From the NCBI GenBank assembly GCA_964539395.1, contig CAZIIU010000003.1:24353-88352 (forward strand): 64,000 bases of DNA, in the 5' to 3' direction. The translations under genes and the position numbers were made by a program. This DNA is from an uncultured Bacteroidaceae bacterium. Lineage in GTDB: Bacteria; Bacteroidota; Bacteroidia; Bacteroidales; GCA-2748055. This document shows, in pieces, positions 10,236-18,762 of the stretch. The number at the start of each line of letters is the position of its first letter. The first letter of the stretch is position 1. The notes below the pieces were generated by a model. The model was given only the letters and a program-made list of their open reading frames with translations. It searched no databases and was not told the origin of the DNA.

Positions 10236-11447
10236 TTACCGGTTGATCTCCACGATGGCCTCATTCAATGGTACCAGTTCGTTGTTCCTGACCGCAATAA
10301 CAAAAGCCCCTGGAAAGTCCTCTTTAACACTGCTGCACTTATTCAGCGCTTCATGGTAGGAAAGATTTTTTCCGACAGCATATTTGTACCATTTACCATG
10401 CTGGATAACTGTGACATGCTTGTATCCCTTAAAGGCTGAAGGCTCCGGATCAATTCTGTTCCTCGATGAGGCAACCTGCACCATAAAAATGATTTCATCC
10501 TGTGCAATTTGTTTTTCGTCGGCTTCGGTCCTGGCGAAAAACTCCTGTTCCGCATTCAGTGTTTCATTTGCGTATACAGGATCAGATGTAAATTTACTGT
10601 TTTCCTCAATCCTTATTTTATACTGTCTGAATGCACGAAAGATCGCAGAGGCAATGAGGTCCTGCCCATAGTCAGACATCAGAAACTTCTCCTCTTCAGG
10701 ATTGGAGATAAAACCGGTTTCGATCAATACCCCCGGCATGGCAGTCTGGGCCAGGACCAAAAACCCATTCTGCTCAACTCCGCGATCCTGTCGCTTACTT
10801 CTCTCCCGAAACTGATCCTGAACATACGATGCAAATTCGATACTCTGTTTAAGATAAGTGTTTTGCATGACGGAAAAAATAATATACGATTCCAATGAAG
10901 AGGGATTGAAACCCTGGTACCTGGTCTCGTGGTCATCCTCAAGCAATATCACGGAGTTCTCACGAACTGCAACATCAAAATTCTCCCCAACCTTGCGCAA
11001 TCCAAGAACATGTGAAGAGGTGCCCAGTGGTCTCGGGTTTGTATTTGCATTTACATGGATGGAAATAAACAGGTCGGCCTCAGCCTGGTTGGCAATCCTG
11101 GCTCGCTCATGCAGTTCAACAAAAACATCTGTAGTCCTGGTGTAGAGCACCCTGACATCGTCAATATTCTCCTCGATCAGGGCTCCCAGCTTCAAGGTAA
11201 CATTCAATGCTATATCCTTCTCCTTTGCTTTTCTTCCAAGAGCTCCCGGATCCCTGCCACCATGACCGGCATCAATAACAACCGTTTTAAGGCTGTTTTT
11301 TGTATCACCTTCCAACTGAGCATCTACCGGGGTAAGAATGAAATAGCAAATTACAGATATAAGAAATATCCGCCCTGGTCGTTTATCATGTATTGGCAAT
11401 ATATTTGCAGCAACCATTATTAGAGGATTTTCATTAGATTTGCACAC
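10236..11447 (-). CDS. N-acetylmuramoyl-L-alanine amidase (Amidase_3) with C-terminal SPOR-like domain
   Basis: The motifs VVIDAGHGGRDPGA, ISIHVNA and VLIETGFISN are present. The C-terminal 90 aa resemble a SPOR domain. Confidence 0.85.
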   Translation of the reverse strand: MCKSNENPLIMVAANILPIHDKRPGRIFLISVICYFILTPVDAQLEGDTKNSLKTVVIDAGHGGRDPGALGRKAKEKDIALNVTLKLGALIEENIDDVRVLYTRTTDVFVELHERARIANQAEADLFISIHVNANTNPRPLGTSSHVLGLRKVGENFDVAVRENSVILLEDDHETRYQGFNPSSLESYIIFSVMQNTYLKQSIEFASYVQDQFRERSKRQDRGVEQNGFLVLAQTAMPGVLIETGFISNPEEEKFLMSDYGQDLIASAIFRAFRQYKIRIEENSKFTSDPVYANETLNAEQEFFARTEADEKQIAQDEIIFMVQVASSRNRIDPEPSAFKGYKHVTVIQHGKWYKYAVGKNLSYHEALNKCSSVKEDFPGAFVIAVRNNELVPLNEAIVEINR

Positions 11448-11482
11448 CTTGGTACAGGCACAAAATTAATAGATATTTTGCT

Positions 11483-14332
11483 TTGCGGAACAGAGCTTCA
11501 AAGATAGTTATCAATATAGTTTTAACTCTCCTTTCAGGTGCATTATTGTACGGTCAGGTACCTGATACTGTTTTGTTTCCGGCTGATCCCGGCCTGTTAG
11601 CTCCCGAGCAACCCGAACAGCAATCGGGAAACGAGTTGCCTCATTCACCGGGCCTGCCGGTATACCCCGACTCCCTCGATCCAGAAATTGATTCTTTGTT
11701 TTATCGTGATAGTCTGTTTTCAAACAACGATTCCCTGCTACTGCAAGCAGATTCATTGATGTTCCAGCCGGATACTACTGCAGTTGATACGATCCGGAGA
11801 ACTGTACTGGAGAGCGCAATAACTGATCAGGTCAACTATGATGCCTCAGACTCACTGATTATTTCAATGGATGGAGGAATCGTTGAAATGTATAACCAGG
11901 CGGTCGTTACATATGGGGATATTAAACTGGAGGCGGGATACATAAAATACGAAATGCAGAAATCTGAAGTCACAGCCTTCGGGATACCCGACTCAACGGG
12001 CGAAATTGCTCAACATCCTGTTTTTTCGGAAGGATCTGACAGCTATGAAGCGAAACGTATCAGATACAATTTTAAAACCCAGCGCGGTTTTATTGAGGAG
12101 GTGATTACCGAGCAGGAGGGTGGCTACCTGCACTCTTCCGAAACCAAAAAACATAAAGGCGGTCATATCCACATGAAGGATGGTAAGTATACCACCTGTG
12201 ATGCTGAACATCCACACTTCTACGTGGCGATCACCAAGGGAATCTCCATGCCGGGAAACAAAATTGTAGCAGGCCCTGCTTACCTGGTGGTGGAGGACGT
12301 GCCACTTCCGATCGGTTTGCCGTTTGGCTTCTTTCCTAACTCCAGGGAGGAGACCTCCGGGATACTGATACCCCAATATGGTGAGGAGGAGCGCAGGGGA
12401 TTCTACCTGAGAGATGGAGGCTATTACTTTGCCTTGAACGATTATATGGATCTGCGTTTAACGGGGGATATCTATTCGAACGGAACGTGGGGAGTCAGGG
12501 CCGGAAGCAACTATCGCTGGAGGTACAGGTTCAATGGGGGCGTCAACATCCAGTTCTTTAACAATATTAGCGGATATAAAAACGTAGAGGGACTTTACAG
12601 CAAATCCACCGACTATTCCATTAACTGGAGTCACTCACAAGCCCGGGAGGCAAATCCGAACAGTAATTTCCGTGCATCCGTAAACCTCTCCAGCTCCTCG
12701 TACGATAAAATGCACACCCGGAACATTAATAATGTGGTTACCAATACTAAGCAATCCAGTATCTCCTATACAAAAAACTGGCCCAACAGTCCGTTTAACC
12801 TGAGCGCTTCACTGAACCATTCCCAGAACAGCAATACCGGTGCGGTAAACATGACACTGCCTAAAATATCATTGAATATGGGGCGCATTACACCTTTTAA
12901 AAGAAAAAAGAGAGTTGGGCCGAAAAAATGGTATGAAGATGTACAGCTGAGTTATAGCAGCCTGATGGAAAACAGGGTGAGGACGGTTGATACGGTATTG
13001 TTTACAAATCAGGTATGGAATGATTTGGATGCCGGCTTCAGGCATGAGGTGCCTCTAAGTCTGAATATAAAGCCCTTCAACAGAATTGCTGCGCTGCAGA
13101 GCTTTACCATAACCCCTAATGTGAGTTATTCCGGAAGAATTTATACGGAGCAGAAGGAGAAGTTCATTACCGGATATAGCGAAACGGAGGTGAACGGAGA
13201 AACGGTTTTTACGCCTGAAATACTGGATACAACATACAACCGGCTCAGCTATGCCCATGCTTACCTTCTCCGGATCAGCGCAGGACTTTCACCGAAAATA
13301 TATGGCATGTTCCTCTTCTCCGGTGGGGGCAGGCTTGAGGCCATCAGGCATGTGATGACCCCTTCTGCAAATTTTTCCTACGTACCGGATTTGTCTGGGA
13401 TACAGCCCGACTATTACAGGGATCTGTATGATTCAGTTAACAATACACTGCTAAATACCTATTCGATCTACGAAGATCAGATTTACGGAACTCCTACCTT
13501 TAATGGTGCTTCCGGCTCGGCCAGTTTCTCGCTGCGAAACAACATCGAAGCCAAGATACGTTCCAGAAATGATTCTATTGATGAGATGCAGAAGGTAAAG
13601 CTGCTCGACAATCTTAATTTTTCAACGAGCTACAATTTCTTTAACCGGGACAGCCTTTCCCCATCCTGGTCCCCCATAAACATGAACGGTAATACGCGGT
13701 TGTTTAACAATAAACTATCAGTTTCCTTTCGGGGGGTTCTGGATCCATTCGGATACAATGATATCAGGTCGCGAACGAAGGAAACTGTTTTCTCACAATC
13801 AGGCCGGCTGGCCCGCCTTACCAATGCCAGCATCTCCATGGGAACCTCTTTCAGCTCGAAAGGTTCTGGTAAGTCAGATGATGCCCCGGAGGAGGATCCG
13901 CTACTCAATACCGCTTTTGACAATACAGGTGTTGTGGACCCATCGGTAACTTCCGGGTACCAGACAGGAATTAATGACTACTATGGTGATTATGTCGATT
14001 TTGAAGTGCCCTGGTCGATTAAAATTGACTACTCATTCAGCTATAGTAAACCCAGGGAGGAGGTGTCGATCGTGCAGACTGTCAGAATATCAGGGGATCT
14101 GAGCCTTACTCCTAAATGGAAGATCGGGTTTAATTCAGGGTATGACATATTCAACGGGCAGTTTACTACATCAAATCTAAGTCTCTACCGCGATCTGCAC
14201 TGCTGGGAAATGCGTATCTCTGTGGTGCCCTTCGGGAACTATAAATCTTACAACTTCCAGATCAACGCCAAATCGTCGATTCTTTCAGACCTTAAGTATA
14301 ACAAACGAAAAAGTTGGCAGGATAATTTTTAG
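11483..14332 (+). CDS. LptD-like outer-membrane LPS-assembly protein (Bacteroidota long form)
   Basis: The protein is 949 aa with a signal peptide and an OstA-like N-terminal region, followed by a long beta-strand-rich segment rich in aromatic/Gly/Asn alternation. It is divergent from the amidase gene, as in other Bacteroidota. The start codon is TTG. Confidence 0.7.
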   Translation: MRNRASKIVINIVLTLLSGALLYGQVPDTVLFPADPGLLAPEQPEQQSGNELPHSPGLPVYPDSLDPEIDSLFYRDSLFSNNDSLLLQADSLMFQPDTTAVDTIRRTVLESAITDQVNYDASDSLIISMDGGIVEMYNQAVVTYGDIKLEAGYIKYEMQKSEVTAFGIPDSTGEIAQHPVFSEGSDSYEAKRIRYNFKTQRGFIEEVITEQEGGYLHSSETKKHKGGHIHMKDGKYTTCDAEHPHFYVAITKGISMPGNKIVAGPAYLVVEDVPLPIGLPFGFFPNSREETSGILIPQYGEEERRGFYLRDGGYYFALNDYMDLRLTGDIYSNGTWGVRAGSNYRWRYRFNGGVNIQFFNNISGYKNVEGLYSKSTDYSINWSHSQAREANPNSNFRASVNLSSSSYDKMHTRNINNVVTNTKQSSISYTKNWPNSPFNLSASLNHSQNSNTGAVNMTLPKISLNMGRITPFKRKKRVGPKKWYEDVQLSYSSLMENRVRTVDTVLFTNQVWNDLDAGFRHEVPLSLNIKPFNRIAALQSFTITPNVSYSGRIYTEQKEKFITGYSETEVNGETVFTPEILDTTYNRLSYAHAYLLRISAGLSPKIYGMFLFSGGGRLEAIRHVMTPSANFSYVPDLSGIQPDYYRDLYDSVNNTLLNTYSIYEDQIYGTPTFNGASGSASFSLRNNIEAKIRSRNDSIDEMQKVKLLDNLNFSTSYNFFNRDSLSPSWSPINMNGNTRLFNNKLSVSFRGVLDPFGYNDIRSRTKETVFSQSGRLARLTNASISMGTSFSSKGSGKSDDAPEEDPLLNTAFDNTGVVDPSVTSGYQTGINDYYGDYVDFEVPWSIKIDYSFSYSKPREEVSIVQTVRISGDLSLTPKWKIGFNSGYDIFNGQFTTSNLSLYRDLHCWEMRISVVPFGNYKSYNFQINAKSSILSDLKYNKRKSWQDNF

Positions 14333-14367
14333 AGATGTAACTTTGGAGAGAATAAACAAATTGTACA

Positions 14368-14745
14368 ATGAAGAAAATCATCCAATCTAAACATGCACCG
14401 GAAGCAGTTGGGCCTTATTCACAAGCTGTTGAGGCCAATGGGATGTTATTCATTTCGGGCCAAATTCCCATCGATCCGGAAACGGGAAAAATTGTAAAAG
14501 GGGGTATCAGGGAGCAAACCCACCAGGTGATGAAAAGTATTTGTGCGCTTTTAAATGAATCGGGTTATACCTTGTCTCAAGTCGTAAAATCAACCTGCCT
14601 GCTGTCTGACATGGCAAATTTCAAAGCGATGAACGAAGTGTATGCTTCGTATTATACAGTCAACCCTCCTGCGCGGGCAGCTTTTGCAGTAAAGGAGCTT
14701 CCACTGGGTGTGCTTATAGAAATAGAAACGATTGCAGTAAAGTAA
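14368..14745 (+). CDS. ridA: RidA-family reactive-intermediate deaminase (YjgF/L-PSP)
   Basis: The motifs APEAVGPYSQAV, FISGQIPIDPETG and PARAAFAVKELP are present. Confidence 0.9.
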   Translation: MKKIIQSKHAPEAVGPYSQAVEANGMLFISGQIPIDPETGKIVKGGIREQTHQVMKSICALLNESGYTLSQVVKSTCLLSDMANFKAMNEVYASYYTVNPPARAAFAVKELPLGVLIEIETIAVK

Positions 14746-14811
14746 AAGTACAAGGCTGCGTCTAATTCAAAAAACAACTGAAACCTTTCCGTTTAGCTGG
14801 AGAGTGGGGTA

Positions 14812-14846
14812 TAAAAAAATGGTGGGAAATCATTTGATTCCCCACC
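14812..14846 (-). terminator. Intrinsic terminator of the rpsF-rpsR-rplI operon
   Basis: GGTGGGGAATCA..TGATTTCCCACC forms a hairpin on the minus strand, followed by a T run (the A run at 14813-14819 on the plus strand). Confidence 0.55.
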
Positions 14847-14861
14847 ACTTTGTCAGATTGT

Positions 14862-15308
14862 TTATTCTGATATGATCTCAAACGGTACCTCCACCTCAAC
14901 TTCCCGGTGAAGTTTAACATTGGCAGTGTATTTACCAACTTCCTTAATCAGTTCCTCCTTGATTGAAATATTTTTCCGGTCAATCTCAAATCCCTGCTTT
15001 GCAAGTTCCTCAGCAATCTGGATGGTGTTGACCGAGCCAAAAATCTTGCCTTTGGTGCTTGTTTTGGCACCTATAGTAATTGAAACCTCTTTCAGCTTTT
15101 CTGCAATCTTTGCAGCAGCCTCTTTCAATTGAGCCTCCTTGTGGGCCCGTTGACGCAGATTCTCTTCGTGAACTTTGCGGGCTGTTTTTGTGGCATTGAT
15201 CGCAAAACCTTTTGGGATCAAATAATTCCTTGCATATCCGTCCTTAACCGAAATGATATCATCCTTGTGACCCAAATTCGGCATATCTTGTTGTAAAATA
15301 ATTTCCAT
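14862..15308 (-). CDS. rplI: 50S ribosomal protein L9
   Basis: The N-terminus MEIILQQDMPNLGHKDDIISVKDGYARNYLIPKG is canonical for L9. Confidence 0.95.
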   Translation of the reverse strand: MEIILQQDMPNLGHKDDIISVKDGYARNYLIPKGFAINATKTARKVHEENLRQRAHKEAQLKEAAAKIAEKLKEVSITIGAKTSTKGKIFGSVNTIQIAEELAKQGFEIDRKNISIKEELIKEVGKYTANVKLHREVEVEVPFEIISE

Positions 15309-15323
15309 GATCTCTCCTCCGGA

Positions 15324-15593
15324 TTATTTCATCATATCGGTTACATATGGTAGCAAAGCAAGGTGACGGGCACGCTTAATTGCTACGGATACTTTTCTCT
15401 GGTACTTTAAAGAGGTGCCTGTGAGCCTGCGGGGAAGAATTTTTCCCTGCTCATTCAGGAATTTTTTTAAAAACTCAGGATCCTTATAATCAATGTATTT
15501 GATCCGGTTTTTACGAAAACGGCAATACTTTTTCTTTTTGATCTCTACGGTTGGGGGTGTCAGATACCTGATTTCTGAATTTGCTTGTGCCAT
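15324..15593 (-). CDS. rpsR: 30S ribosomal protein S18
   Basis: The motifs [27 protein letters not shown] and [11 protein letters not shown] are present. Confidence 0.95.
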   Translation of the reverse strand: MAQANSEIRYLTPPTVEIKKKKYCRFRKNRIKYIDYKDPEFLKKFLNEQGKILPRRLTGTSLKYQRKVSVAIKRARHLALLPYVTDMMK

Positions 15594-15596
15594 GAT

Positions 15597-15956
15597 CTAT
15601 TCCTCCTTTGCTTTTTCGGTTTCTGCTGCTTTTCTTGCTCTCTTTTTCTCCGCATATGCTACTGCATGTTTATCCATCTTCATTGTAAGAAAACGAATGA
15701 TCCTCTCGTCACGTCGAAACTCTGTTTCGAGTTTTCCGACAAAATCACCTTCAACGCGAAATTCGATCATGTGGTAAAACCCGGTGGATTTCTTCTGGAT
15801 GGGATAGGCCAGTTTTTTCAGGCCCCAGCTTTCCTCATGGACCACATCGCCCTTCGCGGACTCGATCAGGTCCCTGAATTTTTCAACCGTTTCCTTCATC
15901 TGGGTCTCAGACAAAACGGGAGTTGCAATGAAAACGGTTTCATACTGATTTAACAT
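15597..15956 (-). CDS. rpsF: 30S ribosomal protein S6
   Basis: The motifs [10 protein letters not shown] and [12 protein letters not shown] are present. It is the first gene of the S6-S18-L9 operon. Confidence 0.95.
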   Translation of the reverse strand: MLNQYETVFIATPVLSETQMKETVEKFRDLIESAKGDVVHEESWGLKKLAYPIQKKSTGFYHMIEFRVEGDFVGKLETEFRRDERIIRFLTMKMDKHAVAYAEKKRARKAAETEKAKEE

Positions 15957-15991
15957 AGTTTATTTGTTTTTTAATGGTTAAAAATCGACCG

Positions 15992-15999
15992 CAAATGTA
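15992..15999 (-). promoter_or_regulatory. Candidate Bacteroidota -7 promoter box for rpsF
   Basis: The minus strand reads TACATTTG, which matches TAnnTTTG. It lies 36 nt upstream of the rpsF ATG. Confidence 0.35.
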
Positions 16000-16126
16000 G
16001 GTACTTTTTTTTCAAAAAAAAAATGAAACCTTTGTCGATATTTAAGTAGTTCAGCACATTAATCATTGAACATCATACGAACTGATCAGATCGAATATGT
16101 TAAATGATTCACTAATCCAATTAATT

Positions 16127-16306
16127 ATGAACCAATCAAATCATTACAAAATGCATGAACTCAACACAGCTGAGTTGTGCAGCATTGAAGGCGGTATTTG
16201 GAGAACCCTGATGCAGGCCGGAATTACCCTGCTAATCAGCGAATGGGATTCGACCAGGCAGGCTGCGGTTGATGCATGGTGCGGGGTTTACGATCCCCCA
16301 AAGTAA
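16127..16306 (+). CDS. Double-glycine-leader peptide 1 (bacteriocin-like precursor, 59 aa)
   Basis: The leader MNQSNHYKMHELNTAELCSIEGG ends in GG and is followed by a 36-aa core. The ORF-track entry starts at 16097, but the internal ATG at 16127 aligns with the paralogous leader of the next ORF. Confidence 0.6.
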   Translation: MNQSNHYKMHELNTAELCSIEGGIWRTLMQAGITLLISEWDSTRQAAVDAWCGVYDPPK

Positions 16307-16347
16307 AATAATAAACTGTATATTGTAACACTTAATTCTTAAAAATT

Positions 16348-16527
16348 ATGAAAACCAACCAAAATCAATTACATCACCCTGAGATGAGTTATACTGAACT
16401 GATTTCAACTTCCGGCGGGGGGCAAGCAGACGATCTGGCTTATAATCTGACTTACGCTCTGCTAACAACAAATCCGGTGTTCTGGATGGCCAAATACAGT
16501 AAATGGGCAATTACAGCCGTATTCTGA
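16348..16527 (+). CDS. Double-glycine-leader peptide 2 (bacteriocin-like precursor, 59 aa)
   Basis: I found this ORF by hand translation; it is not in the ORF track. It reads MKTNQNQLHHPEMSYTELISTSGG followed by GQADDLAYNLTYALLTTNPVFWMAKYSKWAITAVF. The leader is alignable with peptide 1. Confidence 0.55.
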   Translation: MKTNQNQLHHPEMSYTELISTSGGGQADDLAYNLTYALLTTNPVFWMAKYSKWAITAVF

Positions 16528-16564
16528 CAACCAGTAGATGCACGTTTAACTAAACCAATACATA

Positions 16565-16714
16565 ATGAAAAAGCAGAAGGTTTTATTGATTGTCCTGTCC
16601 GTTCTTGCCGCAGGAGTACTCCTTGTTTTGATCCTTAACTGGGACGCTTCCAAAAAAGGAGCAAAAGATGCCTGGGAAGGAAAATACGAGCCTCCAGTGG
16701 AAAAAACCGAATAG
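16565..16714 (+). CDS. 49-aa single-pass membrane peptide (possible immunity or accessory peptide)
   Basis: Hand translation gives MKKQKVLLIVLSVLAAGVLLVLILNWDASKKGAKDAWEGKYEPPVEKTE. It lies directly downstream of the two GG peptides on the same strand. Confidence 0.4.
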   Translation: MKKQKVLLIVLSVLAAGVLLVLILNWDASKKGAKDAWEGKYEPPVEKTE

Positions 16715-16740
16715 GAAAAATACGTGGGTCTGATAAAATG

Positions 16741-16771
16741 GCAACCGGTTTTTTTTTAAAGAACCGGTTGC
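16741..16771. repeat. Perfect 10-bp inverted repeat with an 11-nt spacer
   Basis: The arms are GCAACCGGTT and AACCGGTTGC, with spacer TTTTTTTAAAG. There is no trailing T run, so it is not a clean terminator. It lies 58 bp upstream of the dnaX start. Confidence 0.6.
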
Positions 16772-16828
16772 ATTCCGCTTTATACTTTTTTCTTTATTAT
16801 TATCTTTACGATCTGATTCAGCAAAAGT

Positions 16829-17938
16829 ATGGAGAGTTTTATCGTATCTGCACGGAAGTACCGGCCCGATAGTTTTAGAAGTGTCGTAGGGCAGGCAGCA
16901 ATTATCTCCACACTTAAAAATGCCATTAAAAACGGGCAGCTGGGTCATGCCTACCTGTTCAGTGGTCCGCGCGGTGTCGGCAAGACTACATGCGCGAGAA
17001 TCTTTGCAAAAACCATCAACTGTCAAAATCTTGGTGAGAATATTGAAGCATGTGATACCTGTGATTCATGCACTTCGTTTAATCAAAGACGGGCATTTAA
17101 TATCCATGAACTTGATGCGGCGTCAAACAATTCCGTGGATGATATCAGGTCGCTGACCGAGCAGGTGAGGATTCCTCCTCAGACAGGTAAATACAGTGTA
17201 TACATCATTGATGAGGTACATATGCTCTCCTCCCAGGCATTTAACGCTTTCTTAAAAACATTGGAGGAACCTCCAGCACATGCAATATTTATTCTTGCCA
17301 CCACCGAAAAGCATAAGATCATCCCAACAATCCTTTCGAGGTGCCAGATCTATGATTTTAACAGGATACGTACCGACGATACAGTCGAATACCTGAAGTA
17401 TATCTCGGAAAAAGAGAATATTACATATGAGGAGGATGCATTACATGTAATAGCGCGGAAGGGTGAGGGGGCCATGCGCGATGCACTCTCTATCTTCGAC
17501 CAGGTAGTAAGCTTTTCTGAAAATAAAATTACCTATGCCTCTGTTATTGAGAATCTGAATATCCTGGATGTTGAGTATTATTTTTCCTTGACCAATGATT
17601 TTATTGCCAATAATGTATCAGGTGCACTTCTAACCTTCGATGAGATACTGCAAAAGGGTTTTGATCCACGTAATTTTATCGGTGGACTGGCATCACATTT
17701 TCGTGACCTGATGGTATCGAAAGATCAGTCAACCGTCGTGCTTCTGGATGCCGGGGCTTCTGTAAGGGAGCAATACCTTAAACAGTCCTCCCGGGTACCT
17801 GTAGAATTCCTCTATGGTGCACTCGAAATATGTAATGAAACAGACCAGCAATTGCGGTTGAGTAAAAACCAGCGACTTACGATAGAACTGGTACTCGTCA
17901 GACTTTCGAACCTTACTGAGGTTCAAAAAAAAAAATAG
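16829..17938 (+). CDS. dnaX: DNA polymerase III gamma-like product of dnaX (0-frame, 369 aa, clamp-loader domains I-III)
   Basis: It has the Walker A motif GPRGVGKTT, a CxxCxxC zinc module, DEVHML and the SRC motif (ILSRCQ). The frame ends at TAG immediately after an A11 run. Confidence 0.9.
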   Translation: MESFIVSARKYRPDSFRSVVGQAAIISTLKNAIKNGQLGHAYLFSGPRGVGKTTCARIFAKTINCQNLGENIEACDTCDSCTSFNQRRAFNIHELDAASNNSVDDIRSLTEQVRIPPQTGKYSVYIIDEVHMLSSQAFNAFLKTLEEPPAHAIFILATTEKHKIIPTILSRCQIYDFNRIRTDDTVEYLKYISEKENITYEEDALHVIARKGEGAMRDALSIFDQVVSFSENKITYASVIENLNILDVEYYFSLTNDFIANNVSGALLTFDEILQKGFDPRNFIGGLASHFRDLMVSKDQSTVVLLDAGASVREQYLKQSSRVPVEFLYGALEICNETDQQLRLSKNQRLTIELVLVRLSNLTEVQKKK

Positions 17939-18624
17939 CCGATCAGAAAGAGAAAGAAGTCCGCGAGCAATCTACGGGTAAAGAGGAATCTTCCTCCAAC
18001 AAAGATCCAAAGCAATCTACGGGTAAAGAGGAATCTTCCTCCAACAAAGATCCAAAGCAATCACAATCCGTTGACAAACAATCTGAAATATCTGCTTCTA
18101 TAGAGAACGGAAAGGAGAACCAGGTGGTCCATACCAGGTCAGTTTCAATAAAGGGTGTACTGAAAGGCAGGCCAAAGGAGATACCTGTCGATGATTCGGA
18201 GACGGCTGAAGACGATGTGGTGGCGTCAGCGGATGCCTCCTTAGGGGGGAGCATTCAGATCACTGAGGCGGATATTCAAAAGGCCTGGAAGGAATTTGCC
18301 CGCTCAGTGGAGAAAAGTCATCCAAGACTCTACAACACCCTTAGACAACAAGTTCCAAACATGACCGCAGACGGAAGAATTCAGATCAATCTAAATACCA
18401 ATGCGCAACGGGAATACTTTATCCAGAAGATTAAACCTGAGATCATCAGGTATCTCAGGAAGAATCTGGCTGATGTGGATTATGTGATAGAGGCCGGCCT
18501 GATCGAGAGTCAGAATGGCTCCAAAAAGATATATACCGATCAGGATAAACTGGATTACCTGATAAGCAAAAACCCGGAACTTGGAAAACTAAAAAGCAGA
18601 TTCAATCTTGATTTTGATCAGTAG
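17920..18624 (+). CDS. dnaX: Tau-specific C-terminal region of DnaX, read in the -1 frame relative to 16829..17938
   Basis: The -1 frame is open from 17920 to the stop at 18624 and has no ATG before 18124. It encodes a low-complexity linker (QSTGKEESSSNKDPK twice) and then a conserved-looking C-terminal domain. Confidence 0.75.
   Translation, partial: GSKKKIADQKEKEVREQSTGKEESSSNKDPKQSTGKEESSSNKDPKQSQSVDKQSEISASIENGKENQVVHTRSVSIKGVLKGRPKEIPVDDSETAEDDVVASADASLGGSIQITEADIQKAWKEFARSVEKSHPRLYNTLRQQVPNMTADGRIQINLNTNAQREYFIQKIKPEIIRYLRKNLADVDYVIEAGLIESQNGSKKIYTDQDKLDYLISKNPELGKLKSRFNLDFDQ
17925..17935 (+). promoter_or_regulatory. dnaX: A11 slippery tract (candidate -1 ribosomal frameshift or transcriptional slippage site)
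   Basis: The 0 frame reads CAA AAA AAA AAA TAG. It contains A_AAA_AAA heptamers. The -1 frame is closed by TGA at 17917-17919 and opens exactly at this tract. Confidence 0.5.
17968..18057. repeat. Perfect 45-bp tandem duplication inside the tau linker
   Basis: CAATCTACGGGTAAAGAGGAATCTTCCTCCAACAAAGATCCAAAG occurs twice back to back, followed by a partial third start (CAATCACAATCC). Confidence 0.9.
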
Positions 18625-18762
18625 GATACATTTTATTCAAAACCAGGGTTGGTCGTCAGACCGAAATGGTAAACATGACATGAGCAGGTGGGGAATTTAC
18701 ATGAACATATCAGAGCTTTAATTGTATTATTATGTTAAACATTTTATAAAAAACGGTTACTT

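Noticed and set aside
16583-17026. A 147-aa minus-strand ORF spanning the small membrane peptide and the dnaX start
   Set aside because: It overlaps the conserved N-terminus of dnaX in antisense, and its translation has no recognisable features.
17943-18254. A 103-aa minus-strand ORF in the gap after the dnaX 0-frame stop
   Set aside because: It is antisense to the open -1 frame that encodes the tau linker. It duplicates the 45-bp repeat as DCFGSLLEEDSSLPV twice and has no start context. The plus-strand tau reading is far more plausible.
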